From the NCBI GenBank assembly GCA_951406725.2, contig OX597814.1, positions 17,112,001 through 17,176,000 of the forward strand: a DNA stretch of 64,000 nucleotides. The letters run 5' to 3'. Positions within the stretch are counted from its first letter, which is position 1, and every line of letters begins with the position of its first letter. This DNA is from Octopus vulgaris. Lineage: Eukaryota. Shown here in pieces: positions 1 to 15,077 of this stretch. The notes under the pieces were generated by a model. The model did not search any database, was not told the origin of the DNA, and saw only the letters and a list, made by a program, of their open reading frames with translations. A program made the position numbers and the translations under genes.

Positions 1-33
<33 letters not shown>

Positions 34-787
34 ATGTGTGTATATGTATGTATATATATGATTGTATGTATGTGTGTATAATTGATATCTATATATGTCC
101 CTAAGCAAAAACTCGAATCTACGTTGACACAGACAGGCATAATGCACACAATAGATAAAGAGAATATATATATATGCATATAGTCTCTTATTCGCACACA
201 GACACACACACACTCAAACACTTACACTCATACATGCTTATAAATATATGCATATATACATGTTTGTATGTGAGGCTGTATTTTGTAGTTAGGTGCAAGT
301 CAGAATATGCTTTACACCAATCGATGTAACAACATGAAACTGTTTCGCACATGTCGATATCACTGCAGGATTCTAAGAGAGATCACGAGAATTGATGAAC
401 ATCCTGTGTTCATTTAGATTATTGAGAATGAGGGATTGTTTTGTAGTTCCTTGCGGAAACTTACAGCTTCTCACTATGAAAATCATTTAGTTTTTCACGA
501 ATATCCCACTTAAATTTCCGGATACCTCATGCTGAACAGCTTTCCAGAAAACTTTCCAAGAATAGACGCTAACTGCGGGGTAAAACATGATTTCATAAAC
601 CTGTATTTGTAAATCCACGTATACATGTATACATGCGTGTCTGTATAGGCATATATATGTTCATATTTATTTATGTGCGTGTGCATATGCATACATACAT
701 ATATATGCAGATATATACGTGTATATATATATATTTACTTATTTATCTATTTATATACAAATATATGCATACATATATACATCCATA

Positions 788-860
<73 letters not shown>

Positions 861-865
861 ATATA

Positions 866-906
<41 letters not shown>

Positions 907-1114
907 ATACATGCAAAAACAAATATATATATACATATATATATATGTGTGTGTGTGTGTGTGTACACGCCTATAAGTAAATTTATATTTTCTTGATTTG
1001 ATGTTTATATTTAACATTGAAAATAAGTAGTACGTACATACACATCACACACACATATATATATACATACGCTCATACGTGTACATATACAGATATATGT
1101 ACTTATCTCAATGT

Positions 1115-1145
<31 letters not shown>

Positions 1146-1146
1146 C

Positions 1147-1215
<69 letters not shown>

Positions 1216-1340
1216 TGTATGTATGTATGTATGTATGTATATAACACTCACATACGCACAAAGATACATATATTTACATGTATAGAGACACGTACATATA
1301 TGTGCACACACAGTCACATACACATACACACACATATTTT

Positions 1341-1724
1341 TTCTTCTATAGACACAAGTCCTGAAATCTGGGGGGAGGGGTATAGTCGATAACATCGACC
1401 CCCAGTACTTAACTGGTACTTAATTTATCGACCCGAAATGATGAAAGGCCAAGTCGACGTCAGTGAAACTTGAACTCAGAACTTGAACTCGACAGACGTT
1501 TCTTTACTACCCATAAGGGGCTAAACACAGAGGAGACAAACAAGGACAGACAGGCGGATTAAGTCGATTATATCGACCCCAGTGAGTAAATGGTACTTAA
1601 TTTATCGACTCCGAAAGGATGAAAGGCAAAGTCAACCTCGGCTGAAATTGAACCCAGAACGTAACGGCAGACGAAATACCGATAAGCATTTCGCCCGGCG
1701 TGCCAACGTTTGTGCCGTCTCGCC
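1341..1724 (-). mobile_element. tRNA-derived SINE family 1 (Meta-domain-like centre), two abutting pieces
   Basis: Reverse complement reads ggcgagacggcacaaacgttggcacgccgggcgaaatg...gttctgggttcaatttcagcc (box A/B-like), then the central gcctttcatcctttcggagtcgataaattaagtacc block shared with the copies at 20336, 28155, 39443 and 56172. Confidence 0.85.
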
Positions 1725-1736
1725 ACATTACATACA

Positions 1737-1789
<53 letters not shown>

Positions 1790-1793
1790 GCAC

Positions 1794-1839
<46 letters not shown>

Positions 1840-2215
1840 CTTTGCTTTACATACATAATTCGTTCAATAGTCACATGGATATAAAAATATATATATGTGA
1901 GTCTATTTGTACGTATACATAATTTTGTATCTATTTTAACTAACTTAAGCGAGACATTCCCTCTGTGGATAAGGTGAAAATACATCTACAAGGGTGCATT
2001 TAAAAGAGCTTTAAACCACTCACCTACGTATAAAGAATCTAAAGCGGACGCTTATCACTATACTTCAGTTTAACCAAATCAGCTAGCTTTGAGACAGATC
2101 AAACGTAAATTTATGGCCAACCATTTTACAATAAAATTTATCCGCATTGATTTGGAAAATGGACATTAATTGATGATGATGATTATGTATATATACATAT
2201 ACATACATATATATG

Positions 2216-2409
2216 TGACCTCGTGTGTACCGTTGGCGATTTCTTTTCCTCTGTCTTCTCTTCTCTGGATCTTTCCGTCTCCTATGTTTCCGACGAAGAG
2301 CTCCGCTCGAAACGTTAGACCCTCCTTCTTTCCTGAGCGTCCAATAATGCTATATTTGTTCCACGTCCTCGAGTTGTTGTGTTTTTTTTGTGCTTTCTTG
2401 TTTGGATTA

Positions 2410-2413
<4 letters not shown>
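2216..2413 (+). mobile_element. ~200-nt hammerhead-bearing element, family A copy 1 (solo PLE pseudo-LTR or retrozyme-like)
   Basis: Aligns end to end with 6395-6601 and 15904-16108 (starts tgacc.cgtgtgtaccgttggcg, ends tttggattaactt) and is followed by (TA)n. Confidence 0.8.
2286..2320 (+). ncRNA. Minimal type I hammerhead-like ribozyme (U4C core variant)
   Basis: gttt CCGACGA a gagc-tcc-gctc GAAAC GTT agac: stem I gttt/agac (one G-U pair), 4-bp stem II, palindromic ACGT stem III. Confidence 0.65.
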
Positions 2414-2472
<59 letters not shown>

Positions 2473-2588
2473 AATAGTAAAAAGTGAAAAAACTACAGAA
2501 GGCTTAAAGGTTAAAAAATATATATATTTGCGTCAATATGTCTGAAGAATATTAAAAAAATTTTTTTCTTTACAATGACATAATTTAG

Positions 2589-2627
2589 AAGAAAGACCGG
2601 TTTCGCGTTTAGCTTTTCAAATTTCTT
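2589..2627 (-). ncRNA. Hammerhead-like fold in the inverted pseudo-LTR (U3-A8 core variant)
   Basis: Minus strand: aagaaa t TTGAAAA gc-taaac-gc GAAA ccgg TC tttctt. It has a 6-bp stem I and a palindromic ACCGGT stem III, but one extra nucleotide before the core and only a 2-bp stem II. Confidence 0.55.
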
Positions 2628-2670
2628 GCGATGTCATGTTTATATTGAATTAATTAAAAAAATTAACCTT

Positions 2671-3683
2671 AAAATAGAAACAGACATTTTTTACAAAGCC
2701 ACAGACGCCAAACAATACCTTCTTTTTAATTCATGCCACCCAAGACACACTAAAACAAACATCCCCTTCAACCTTGCAAGAAGGATATATGCACAATAGT
2801 GTCAGAACAACATACCAGGAACTTTAGACTGCAAGAACTCAAAAACACCCTAATTGACAGACATTACCCAACTCAACTCATAGAGGATGGGATCAGACGT
2901 GCAACAGAAATCAACATAGAAACTTTAAGAAAAGTTCAACACAACAACACACCTTCCCCGAAAATACTACCTTACATATGTACATACAACCCCAGAAACA
3001 AAGAAGCCTTCACCATCATCACCCAGAATTTACCAATACTTCATAAGGACCCCAAATTAAAGGAAATTCTAAACATACACCAAATCATTAAAAGCTACAA
3101 ACAACCTAAATCACTTAAAAAGATTCTCACAAAGGCAAAATTGTTTTCTGAAATTACGGATGCAAAAGTAAAAAAATGTGGTAGATCGAACTGTGCAACA
3201 TGTCCAAACCTGCTAGAAGGATCAGAATTCCTCTTTAAAGAGGGACAGAAATTCAAGATCAAATCTAACTTTACTTGTGCCTCTGAAAACATAATTTATG
3301 TCATAAAATGCTCGGGCTGCCACCAAGACTACGTGGGATCCACGGGACTATCACTCAGACGTAGATGCACACTGCATCGACAACAGATTGCATTCCCAGA
3401 ATACAGAATGATACCTTTTAGTGAGCACATTGAGAAATGCGCAAAGCAACTACTACCACAATTTTTAATCTTTCCATTTTACCAATGTGCTATCGGATCA
3501 TCAACACAAATTAGACTAAACAAGGAAACATTCTTCATTGAAAAGTACAAGCCCAGACTTAACCATGCCAACATACTGATACAGAGAAATTCACACAAGG
3601 GAAAGGAAAAAAATTTTAAGCGATTATCTCCCTTACACCGGAAGAAATCACTCATTACCTCCCCTTATTTAGAACTCTTTTGA
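2671..3683 (+). pseudogene. PLE polyprotein C-terminus: RT thumb, Cys-rich linker and GIY-YIG endonuclease (Neptune-like)
   Basis: 2671-2787 reads KIETDIFYKATDAKQYLLFNSCHPRHTKTNIPFNLARRI (PLE thumb motif), with a frameshift near 2790. ORF 2799-3683 has KKCGRSNCATC and FTCASENIIYVIKCSGCHQDYVGSTGLSLRRRCTLH...E...PRLN. Confidence 0.92.
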
Positions 3684-3912
3684 ACATAAACATAACGATA
3701 ACTCTATTCAACATAAACATAACGTCGCAAGAAAGTTGAAAAGCTAAACGCGAAACCGGTATGTCATTGTAAGGAAAAAAAAATTTTTAATATTCTTCAG
3801 ACATATTGACGCAAATATATATATTTTTTAACCGTTAAGCCTTCTGTAGTTTTTTCACTTTTTACTATTTTTTATATATTCAACCACGTGCTTTCACAAA
3901 CCAACTTTCTTA

Positions 3913-3965
<53 letters not shown>

Positions 3966-4663
3966 CGAATATATATATACACATACATAAAATTATAGAC
4001 ACTGGTCTCGTGGTCAGATTTGTTGTAGACTCGAAAACTAATGAATTGGTGAAATACAGTATTTTATAGTGAGGCGCCTTAGTTCAACGTTTCCGCTCTC
4101 GATAGAATTAAGTGCGCAGAGAGCCTTTAGCTTGCTAAAGTGGAATTTATGAATTACTATTTTCACGTGTGAGGAAAGTTTGGAAAATGTCCGAGAAAAA
4201 TACCAATGCCGGGAACATTTTGATAATATTTATCTTCAGTTTTAAACATGTCACATGTATTTTACAATATGAAATGTTTCAGTTTGCTTCATACTATATC
4301 ACCATGATTTGTTTTACTTATAAAATATCACTAAAAATTATATTTTGTGTTACTGGAGTACATGCTATCCCATGGCTTTTGAGTAACTAGATCAATAGCT
4401 ACAGACATGTTGAAATCATTCTTTGTCCTCAATGAGTACTGCTTCAATGTTTCCACAGATAGACACATTATTTCAATACTGTCAAGGAAACGCTATCATC
4501 TCGTGGAAAAGTAGTATCCTCTTAGCGAACAGGTAAAATATTTGTAAGTTACACGTTGTTTAACACCGTGGTGGCAGTGCGCAGCGTAGTTGTTTGTTTC
4601 CGTCTGTAGTATTTGATCTAGAATAATATTTTATCAATAATTCAGTAACTGATCTATATGTTA

Positions 4664-4778
4664 CGGGAATTGTAGGGTTTATAACATTCGGAAACAAAAA
4701 TGGTTTCTAATAATCGGAGACAAAAAGGTTTATAATATTCGGGAATTGGAGGGTTTATAATATCCGAGGCAAAAATGT
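4664..4778. repeat. Degenerate ~25-nt minisatellite
   Basis: Recurring ggtttata(a)tattcgg-like units, four to five imperfect copies. Confidence 0.55.
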
Positions 4779-5011
4779 CTTAGATTTGTTCGTAGTGGTT
4801 ACTAGTTGTGTGATGGAAAAAGTTAGAATTATTTCCCTGTCCAAATCCTACTCCACATGGATATGATTGGGCTTTTATCCATATAACAAATATTTCCGAA
4901 TCCATAAAACAAGGAGAAGTCTATTGAAGATATATAGTTGTCTGAGAATGGGTCAGTTGCTATTTACTTACTTAAGACATATGTTTGTAAGTAGGCCTAC
5001 ACGTATATATG

Positions 5012-5396
5012 TTTATATATAAAAGTCAAGTTGTGTGTCTGTCTCCTACGATTTAGATTCCTAACTACTCCCACATTTTGCGGTGCAGTGTAACCAAAAG
5101 CGGGTATCTTATAGTCGTGATTCATATCGAGCCCTTCTGGGTATTAGCGCGCGTCTACGATGAGTCTACGATTTTAAAAAAATTTACCATCATTTTTTTC
5201 CATGTTAATGCATTTTTTCGCTAAGGGAAGTAACTCTCTAAAAATGTCTACGATGAGTCAACGATTTAAAAAAAAATTACCATAATTTTTTTCCCATTTT
5301 TAATGCATTTTTTTGCTATTTTTTAGCTATAACTCTAAAAATGCTTATATAGTTATTTCCCTTACAAACCCGAGCAACGCCGGGCGATACTGCTAG
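5012..5396 (+). mobile_element. Non-autonomous Helitron
   Basis: 5' ttatatataaaagtcaagttgtgtgtctgtc, a 3' GC-rich hairpin cccgagcaacgccggg (5369-5384) ending 8 nt before the terminal CTAG (5393-5396), followed by T. There is an internal ~70-nt duplication (5153-5223 / 5246-5318). Confidence 0.82.
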
Positions 5397-5432
<36 letters not shown>

Positions 5433-6298
5433 CACACATATATACGTATACGTACCCCTATATGCATGTATATATACATATGTATGTAGGTATGTACATA
5501 TATGTATGTATACATGCATATATTTATATATTATTTATATTATATGATCGAACGCCACGCATCCTTTTCCAAGTAAGTTTTATCTTAATAATTACGATGC
5601 GCACACCTATTCTATCTCTTTTCTTTTTCTGTCTATCTATCTCCCTCTCTTGTTCTTCCTTTCTGATTTTCTCTCTCACCCTTTCACTATTCTCCTCTCC
5701 CCTTCATCATTCCCTTCCCCCCTCTCTCACTCACTCTTCCTCATTGACTCACTCGTTGCTTACACGTTACCAACGGCCATTCTTTCTTTCTTCTACTTCC
5801 TTCCTAAAGACAAGACTTACTTTTATCTGTCTCTTCTCAAAGCTCGTTTTTCCAATGTTCACCACTTCACATTGTCTTGGCTTAACAGCCCTCACCGTTT
5901 GTTTTTAGGTTTTGTTCTCACTGTCTTGTTTTTGTTACTACCTTTCTTCCTCCGCAAGAAAATCCCAAATTCTATTTAATTTGCTTTGCGGGAAGGGCTG
6001 GTTTAACGAACTCGCATCTTGTCTTTATCTTCGAAACGCGGAGTTGATGAAACAGGGATAACTGATGAAAGGAATGTTCTTTATGTTGCATTTCCCTATT
6101 TGTGTTTTTCGTTGTTCGAAAAAAAGTTTCCCTTGTATATTTTTGCTTTTTATGTTCCCGTTTCTCATTCTGTCTACGTTTTGTTATGTCCTCTACCCAT
6201 ATATGCATGTATATATACAAATATATGCAGGTATGTACATATAAGTATATATATATGCATATATTTATATATAATTTATATTATTATATGTATATATA

Positions 6299-6394
<96 letters not shown>

Positions 6395-6397
<3 letters not shown>

Positions 6398-6596
6398 CCG
6401 CGTGTGTACCGTTGGCGATTTTTTCCTCCGTCTTCCCTTCTCTTGATCTTTCCTTTTCCTATGTTTCTGACGAAGAGCTCCGCTCGAAACGTACAGCCCT
6501 CCTTCTTCCTTTCCTTCCTGAGCATCCAATAATACTATATTTGTTCCACGTCCTCGCGTTGTTGTGTTTTCTCTTTGTGTTTCCATGTTTGGATTA

Positions 6597-6601
<5 letters not shown>
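6395..6601 (+). mobile_element. Family A hammerhead element copy 2
   Basis: Full-length unit between two (TA)n tracts. The core CTGACGA...GAAACGTA at 6463-6497 is canonical, but stem I (gttt/cagc) is mismatched. Confidence 0.8.
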
Positions 6602-6645
<44 letters not shown>

Positions 6646-7200
6646 ATGTATGTATGTATGTATGTATGTATGTATTTATGTATATAGCCAATTCAAACAA
6701 CAACAAGCAAGAAAAGACAACACGAGGACGGAGAAATCAATGGAACATAGATTCCGGCGCAAATGGTCGATAGACCTTTTGAAATAAGACAAATACAAGA
6801 CATTTCAGTACATTTCAGGGATTTGTTTACAAAAAAGGAAGTGTCTTCGAAGAAACATTTCTTTTAAATAGTTCCTACTTGATGGCAACAGAATAAGTGG
6901 ATTTCAACTAAGCAACAGAATTTGCTGAAAATATTTCGTGTTACGTTCCTGATAATATATCACTAGCATTATAGTTCAATCTATTCTGCGTATATAAAGA
7001 TTTCGTAATAAGCATTAAAAATTATTCGCATAATGAAAACGCTGTTTGGGACATTTATCGGCGATTGTTCAAGCGTTGATATTTATTCATCAGCCTTGAG
7101 CATAGGGGGAATAAATATTCATAGGTAAATTAAGTATTGGGACGCCGTAGCTAGTTGTTCTATGTGTGTTCCAACATATATAAATACATAAACATTCGAG

Positions 7201-7249
<49 letters not shown>

Positions 7250-7348
7250 GACATTCAGATATATATAACTGTTCATGCACACCCGTACAAATAAATATAA
7301 ATGCACACGTGTATATATACGTATGTGTATTTATGCATATATATGTTA

Positions 7349-7390
<42 letters not shown>

Positions 7391-7425
7391 CAGATAGATA
7401 GATAGATATGTATGTTTGTTTATCC

Positions 7426-7814
7426 CTGTGGTAAGTAGCTTGCTAACCAACTACATGGTTCCCGGTTCAGTCCCACTGCGTGGCATGTTGGGCAAGTGTC
7501 TTCTGCTATAGCCTCGGGCCGACCAATGCCTTGTGAGTGGATTTGGTAGACGGAAACTGAAAGAAGCCTGTCGTATATATGTATATATAAGTATATGTAT
7601 GTGTGTGTATATTTGTGTGTCTGTGTTTGTCCCCCCAACATTGCTTGACAACCGATGCTGGTGTATTTATGTCCCCGTTACTTAGCGGTTCGGCAAAAGA
7701 GACCGATAGAATAAGTACTGGGCTTACAAAAATAATAAGTTCCGGGGTCGAGTTGCTCGATTAAAGGCGGTGCTCCATCATGGCCGCAGTCAAATGACTG
7801 AAACAAGTAAAAGA

Positions 7815-7816
<2 letters not shown>
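7426..7816 (+). mobile_element. tRNA-derived SINE family 2 (CORE-like centre, internal microsatellite)
   Basis: Box B-like ggttcagtccc, CORE-like tgcgtggcatgttgggcaagtgtcttc, and tail ggcggtgctcca.catggccgcagtcaaatgactgaaacaagtaaaagag. There are many copies in the window. Confidence 0.88.
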
Positions 7817-7852
<36 letters not shown>

Positions 7853-8058
7853 CTATGTTTGTTTATCCCTGTATATATATATAGAGAGAAAGAGGGAGAG
7901 GGAGAGAGAGAGAGATGTATATAGATAGATAGATATAGATAGATAGATAGGTATACAGGGATATACATTTACATATATAAATACGTATCTATATATATGT
8001 CTGTATGACTGTCTGTAAGTCTGTAAGCATGCATGCATGTTGTATGTATGTATGTATG

Positions 8059-8092
<34 letters not shown>

Positions 8093-8719
8093 TGTATGTA
8101 TGTATGTATGTATGTATGTATATGCCTGCGAATTTCGCTAAATATTTTGCACAATATTTCGCTGGTTGTAACAACATCTTTCATTGAATAACAAACACAA
8201 CCAATTTTCTGTAACATAAGTTGTGGAAGATTTAGTTTGTTTATCTTCAATTACTATTAATACAAGACATGTGCTCTGCATATATTATATCGTAAACTGT
8301 AGAACCATATCTCTTGTATAGAAGATTGAGCGTAGCCTGCATGACTTGTGTGTATTTGTATGCGTGTGTTATTGTGAGTGAACCCAACATCTGTATGTGT
8401 TTGCTTGTGTTAATCTTTTAGTGTGTGTAAATGTTATAATGTCCTATTTACTTTATCAAATCTCGGAAGATTACTATTGTTTGAAAAGGGTGCTAAAAAA
8501 AAAAAGAGAATAAAAGAATGAAAGTATAAGAAAGACAGGAAAAAGAAATTTGATTTTGAGCGCGCCTGATAAAACAAATAATATTAATCCGTCCACTGCT
8601 TCTCGATAAACAACAAATTATTCCACATATTTCGAATATAATTTCAGAAATTTATGAAGACATATTTGCAAAATGTTACGTTAGGTTCTTTCTGTATATA
8701 ATATAATATAATGTAATAT

Positions 8720-9203
<484 letters not shown>

Positions 9204-9378
9204 GATTATGTTCTTTGTATCATATTTTGTATTTAGTATATCTCCAACATTACATTTTGTTGTAATATACGTGTGTCCATAAAATCACGGTTCCTAAAAT
9301 AAATACTATTTTCTTTTCCGTTGCTTTATCTAAATATCTAATCACAAAATGATGGAGTTATTCTATTGTATTATGACT

Positions 9379-9411
<33 letters not shown>

Positions 9412-9992
9412 CTGCATGTTGTCTTTATATTTTATTTTCTATCAAATTTACAAACCACTGTAACAGAACTTCATAATTATAGCTTTGGAGAGAAGAAGGA
9501 AGCAAATGCGTTACGAAAATAGACATGTACATAGGTAAACCAACAGAAACTATCTCAAAACTTGTATATTAGAATATTCAATTAATCGTCAACTTCTATA
9601 ATAAAATATACTATTCCTAAATGTTGTCATGCATGCATTAAAAAAACATGGAAAGTAAAAAATAGAAGGAAAACTACTGAAATTATTATTCAGGGACATT
9701 ATTTTTTTATCAATTATTATAATTTTATTGCAGTTATTTATTTTTTTTTCATCTTTGCCGTTTGTCCTTTCCATTCTTATTCCTAATGCCAAATTGTTAT
9801 GCCATAAAGAGATTTACGCATGTTCGATGTTTCTACAAAATTGGTCTGTTGCCTATTTCGCAGGGAGGAAATATATCATATTTCTGGTGGATTTGGACGC
9901 AAGATTAGTTTTCGTGGAAACATCATCCATCATGCTTCTATTACTCTACACGAGAAATATTTAACATTTAACCCATAGACCTCTATTTATCA

Positions 9993-10076
<84 letters not shown>

Positions 10077-10125
10077 GTGTGTCTGCTTGCATGCTTGCGT
10101 GTGTGCATATAAATATGTATGTACT

Positions 10126-10180
<55 letters not shown>

Positions 10181-10560
10181 GCATCCGTATGTATGGGTGT
10201 ATACATACATTTTCTACATATATATATATATATATATATGTGTATACATGTATATGCATTCATTCATACATATTTCATTTTTACACACACACACATATAT
10301 GTATATATATATTTATATACTTCTATGCGTGTGTGGTTGGGGAATGATAAGTATGTATTCGTCTTTTCTATCCCTTTTTCTTCCTTTATACTTAACTGCA
10401 TGTGTGTGTTGATATATGTACATTTAAATATATATATAAATGTATATTTTTCTTATCCACAGTTTATCTGTATACTTTCAAATATATCTTTATCAATATA
10501 TTTATCTATCTATCCATCTATCAACCTACCTACCTCTCTCTCCTTCTATCTATCTTTCTT

Positions 10561-10642
<82 letters not shown>

Positions 10643-10944
10643 CATTGACTCGTTTGACTATCAATCTACCTACATAGCCATCAATGCCTGTCTACTTACA
10701 AATCCAAGATGCTATGTATTGATATGTCTTTATCATGTATTAATGGCTTGCTAGCTGAATGTGTACATGCAGCAAATCGTGTATATGCGCCACATATAAA
10801 TATTTCTCCGTTTAACTGTCAGTCCAGGAACGCGTCCATTCAGTCATCTATCAATCTGCTGGCATTACTGTTTTCACTGGAAACGCTCTTTATCCATAAA
10901 GACAGATATCTACACACACACACACACACACACGCACATATATA

Positions 10945-10968
10945 TATATGTATATATACACACACTCA

Positions 10969-11024
<56 letters not shown>

Positions 11025-11056
11025 CGTACATTTATACGTACATATATATATATATT

Positions 11057-11107
<51 letters not shown>

Positions 11108-11234
11108 GTACTCCAAATATCTATGCGTGTTGATATTTCAGTATACATATATTTATTCGTGTACATGAATATATGTATATATACACACACTCACGCATAT
11201 ATATATATATATATATATATACGTACATTTATAC

Positions 11235-11265
<31 letters not shown>

Positions 11266-11278
11266 CGTACATTTATAC

Positions 11279-11344
<66 letters not shown>

Positions 11345-11401
11345 TCCAAATATCTATGCGTGTTGATATTTCAATATACATATATTTATTCGTGTACATG
11401 A
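10945..11401. repeat. Tandem duplication of a ~230-nt microsatellite-containing unit
   Basis: gtactccaaatatctatgcgtgttgatatttca.tatacatatatttattcgtgtacatga and acacacactcacgcat each occur twice, in the same order. Confidence 0.85.
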
Positions 11402-12873
11402 CCGAAGAGCGCGTCTTGAAACGACGTATGTCGTCCCGTTGTTTGCGTCATTGCAGTTCAAAACTAATATCACTTCAGTTGGGACGCATAATGTGAAACT
11501 CAAAAACATTTGATATTCAAATATCTTAATAACTCTGTAATAGATTCAATATGTTATTTACGTATTTTCCCCTTATTGTTTGTTTGTTTGTTTGCTGCTC
11601 TTTTTCATTTATTCTTTTTTTTTATATATATACATTTTCAAATGTCGCTTTTCGTTTGCGTGTTCAAACACTGTCATGTCCTGATCTTTAGAGTCAACCT
11701 TTAGATAATCATGGCTTGAGTGTTGTTCTACACCTATTATTTGCCGTTTCAATATTTGCTGCACAACCACATTTCCGTCGATTCTTCTTGCTTAAGAATT
11801 CATTTAATGATACATTTATACTCATTAGCAATTATTTAAATTCTTCGTGCATATGATAAATATTAATATCATATGTTTTTACTTCAGTGTCTTCATATGT
11901 ATATTTAAAAAATCAAAACAACTATATATATATGATATACACATCTGATGGGTCACATCACGTAGAAAACCATGTAAAATTTGGTGAAACGATATTTGAA
12001 GTGAAAAAGTGTCAAATAATCTAAGTTTATCACATTAATTTCCTTCTGCTGATCGCGTTTTCTTTTACACTATTCATGTTTGGGACAATTTCCTATATTC
12101 AGCCAGATAGTTTTATGTATTTATGCAGAAACAATAAAGCTGAATGGCTAAGAAGTCTGTTCGTTAACCACAACATCTACAGTTCGATATCACTGGTTGG
12201 CATCTTGGACACTTGTATTTTCCTATTGCTAATTCTTCAGGTAGATTCTTTCCTTGGGCGTAGAACACTTTCGGGGCCCAGTCCAACAAGAGCTTCAGCT
12301 GTAACACTTTGGCTCAGGAAATAGAATTGGTGATATCAGTAGAAATAATATCAATAATATCGCAGACATGAGTGCAACTCGTCATAATTATACTAACAAA
12401 TTTGATATTCTACAGAACTCGACTGAGAATAAGATGCCGAATGGACCCTGGGACTCTTATCCCTCACACCTGGAATGTAACTTCAGAGTTCCCACTGAAT
12501 TCTCTCTAAAGGTATACTGGGTACAAAGTACTCAAAGAGACCTGCTAGAATGCTTATGACATCATTTCCCACTTTTTTCAAGTGGAGACGTTTATTGCCT
12601 AGCAAATAGAAATATTCACTATGAATTCAAATGGTCGATGATGGAATACACCCCCAACCGACCGATTGGCGGTGTACTTGTCGACTATGTATTGAAGAAT
12701 GGTTGGAGATTATATTAGTTAACAATACTGCTTACCTGTATTTATGCTTCTACATGCAGCGGCATTCACCCGGGGTGGATTGAGCCGACTCCGACCAACG
12801 AGTCCACCACGCTCCTCACGAATGCTGACGACATCCGACGGTCGGCTGCACACACACAAATATGAAAATATGC

Positions 12874-12959
<86 letters not shown>

Positions 12960-13009
12960 ACGCATATATGTAAATATGTAAATACATTATATATACATAT
13001 ATAGATGTA

Positions 13010-13061
<52 letters not shown>

Positions 13062-13067
13062 CTTTGT

Positions 13068-13230
13068 TCTTCTACTTGTGGCAAAGCTGGAGCATCGCTT
13101 TTAGTCGAATAAATCGGCCCAGGACTTATTCTTTGTACGCCTAGTTCTTATTCTATCGTCTACGAGAACGTAAACACACCAACATCAGTTGTCAAGCAAT
13201 GCTGGAGAGGGGAAAAACTCAGAAACACAA

Positions 13231-13268
<38 letters not shown>

Positions 13269-13473
13269 ATACATACATACATACATACATACATACATAC
13301 ATACATACATACATACATACATACATACGACGAACTTCTTTCAGTCTCTGTCTACCAAATCCACTCACAAGACTTTAGTAGAAGACACTTGCCGAAGGTG
13401 CGACGCAGTAAGACTGAACCTGGAATCATGTGTTTGGGAAGCAAGCTTCTTACCACACAGCCACTTCTGCGCC
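13068..13473 (-). mobile_element. SINE family 2, degraded copy
   Basis: Reverse complement aligns to 7426-7816 with internal deletions. Confidence 0.8.
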
Positions 13474-14812
13474 TACGGATACAGAGGAAGGGTGAGAGAG
13501 AGAGAGAGAGAGAAGAGAGAGAGAGCAACACACATACCGACTGGAAAAATATACGAACTTTCTTGTTGACCCTTTCTACAGTATACACTCGAGCATCTAC
13601 CATAGTCACACATCTCTGACACTGGTATTTAAAGAGATGCACCTAATGGTTGGAATACGGTGTAGAATAACATGCAATTTTCAAGAATATGTTTTCTTCT
13701 GTTGACCACAAACGAATGAAAAGGAAAATTCTTTCGCAGCAAAACATTTCACAAAAACGCGTAAGGGAAAAAACGCTATACAAGTCATTTGTGTTTGCAA
13801 AAGTGGCCTTTTCATGTAACCGAATAACGGAGGTCAACATTGGTCAGTGAAATGAATATTAATGCAGGACCTCGAGTGTCCATACTATTCCTGCATATGA
13901 CACGTCCAGACATGTCCCTTGGTTGTAAAATTCAAACAGCATCCAGTTTGGGTAATGTATTCTCTTCAACGGCGTGATTTTGCAATAGGTTAATAGAAGG
14001 GGTGGGTATTTTTTCCCTTTTTTTTTTTTTTTTGTAAGTGTCTCTCGATGTATGGAGGGGAAAATATTGTTATAAATACATATCTAACTTTGCATTACAA
14101 CGTAAGATATATCATGGCTAAAAGTGCGTGCTGTGAATAGAAAAATGGACATGGAACGAGAGACATTGTAATATGGGAAGAGTGTGTAAGCAGAAGACGG
14201 AGAGAGAGACAGAAACAGACTGAGTGAAAGAGAGAGAGAGAGGTAGATATATATAGAGAGAAAGCGAGGTAATCGAAAGGTAGACAGAATCCAGAAGGGA
14301 AAGGAACTTTTGTGCAGGCGGCAGAGAAATAGAAAAAGAGGAGGACTGAAAGACTGAGAAGCAATGAAAAGATTGGCAAATTAAAAATGAAATTCGATTA
14401 TCACACGCTGGTAACATATTTCTCATATGTCAGTGCAAGTTGCGAAATTATCCACCATTTACTCAAGTACGGTTTTAAGCGGCGTTTATCTCTATTAGTG
14501 ATTGCTGCTCTCAATGCTGTTCGTTAACGGTTGTGGTGATACTGGTAAAGCGAAATATTTCCGCGTAGATTTCGCTTCGAAAACACACATTCAGTTGTTT
14601 AGACTTCTTTGCTAAAAAAAGTTTATCGACTCAAATAAAAGGTACAACACTGTATGCCTTTCTTTTCCTCACTCTCTTACTCCGTTGCTCCGTTGCTCCG
14701 TTATCTCTTTCTCTTACACTACCACACGCGCACGTGCGAGCGTGTCTGTATACGAGTATGAATGCATGTTTATACATACATGCATACATACATACATACA
14801 TACATACATACA

Positions 14813-14846
<34 letters not shown>

Positions 14847-14890
14847 CATACATACATTACATACAAACATACATACATACATACATACAA

Positions 14891-14958
<68 letters not shown>

Positions 14959-14975
14959 GTAGGTAGGTAGGTAGG

Positions 14976-15030
<55 letters not shown>

Positions 15031-15031
15031 G

Positions 15032-15071
<40 letters not shown>

Positions 15072-15077
<6 letters not shown>

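Larger units (their letters stand above)
2470..3913 (+). mobile_element. 5'-truncated Penelope-like retroelement with inverted 5' pseudo-LTR
   Basis: 2470-2650 is the reverse complement of ~3706-3870. The interior encodes the PLE RT C-terminus and a GIY-YIG domain. Both flanks are (TA)n. Confidence 0.92.

Noticed and set aside
11395-11440. CCGAAGA...GAAACgacGTA hammerhead-like boxes
   Set aside because: Neither stem I nor stem II pairs convincingly.
12625-12860. Hairpins next to TCGATGA and CTGACGA boxes
   Set aside because: No GAAA or cleavage triplet follows either hairpin, so a hammerhead cannot be drawn.
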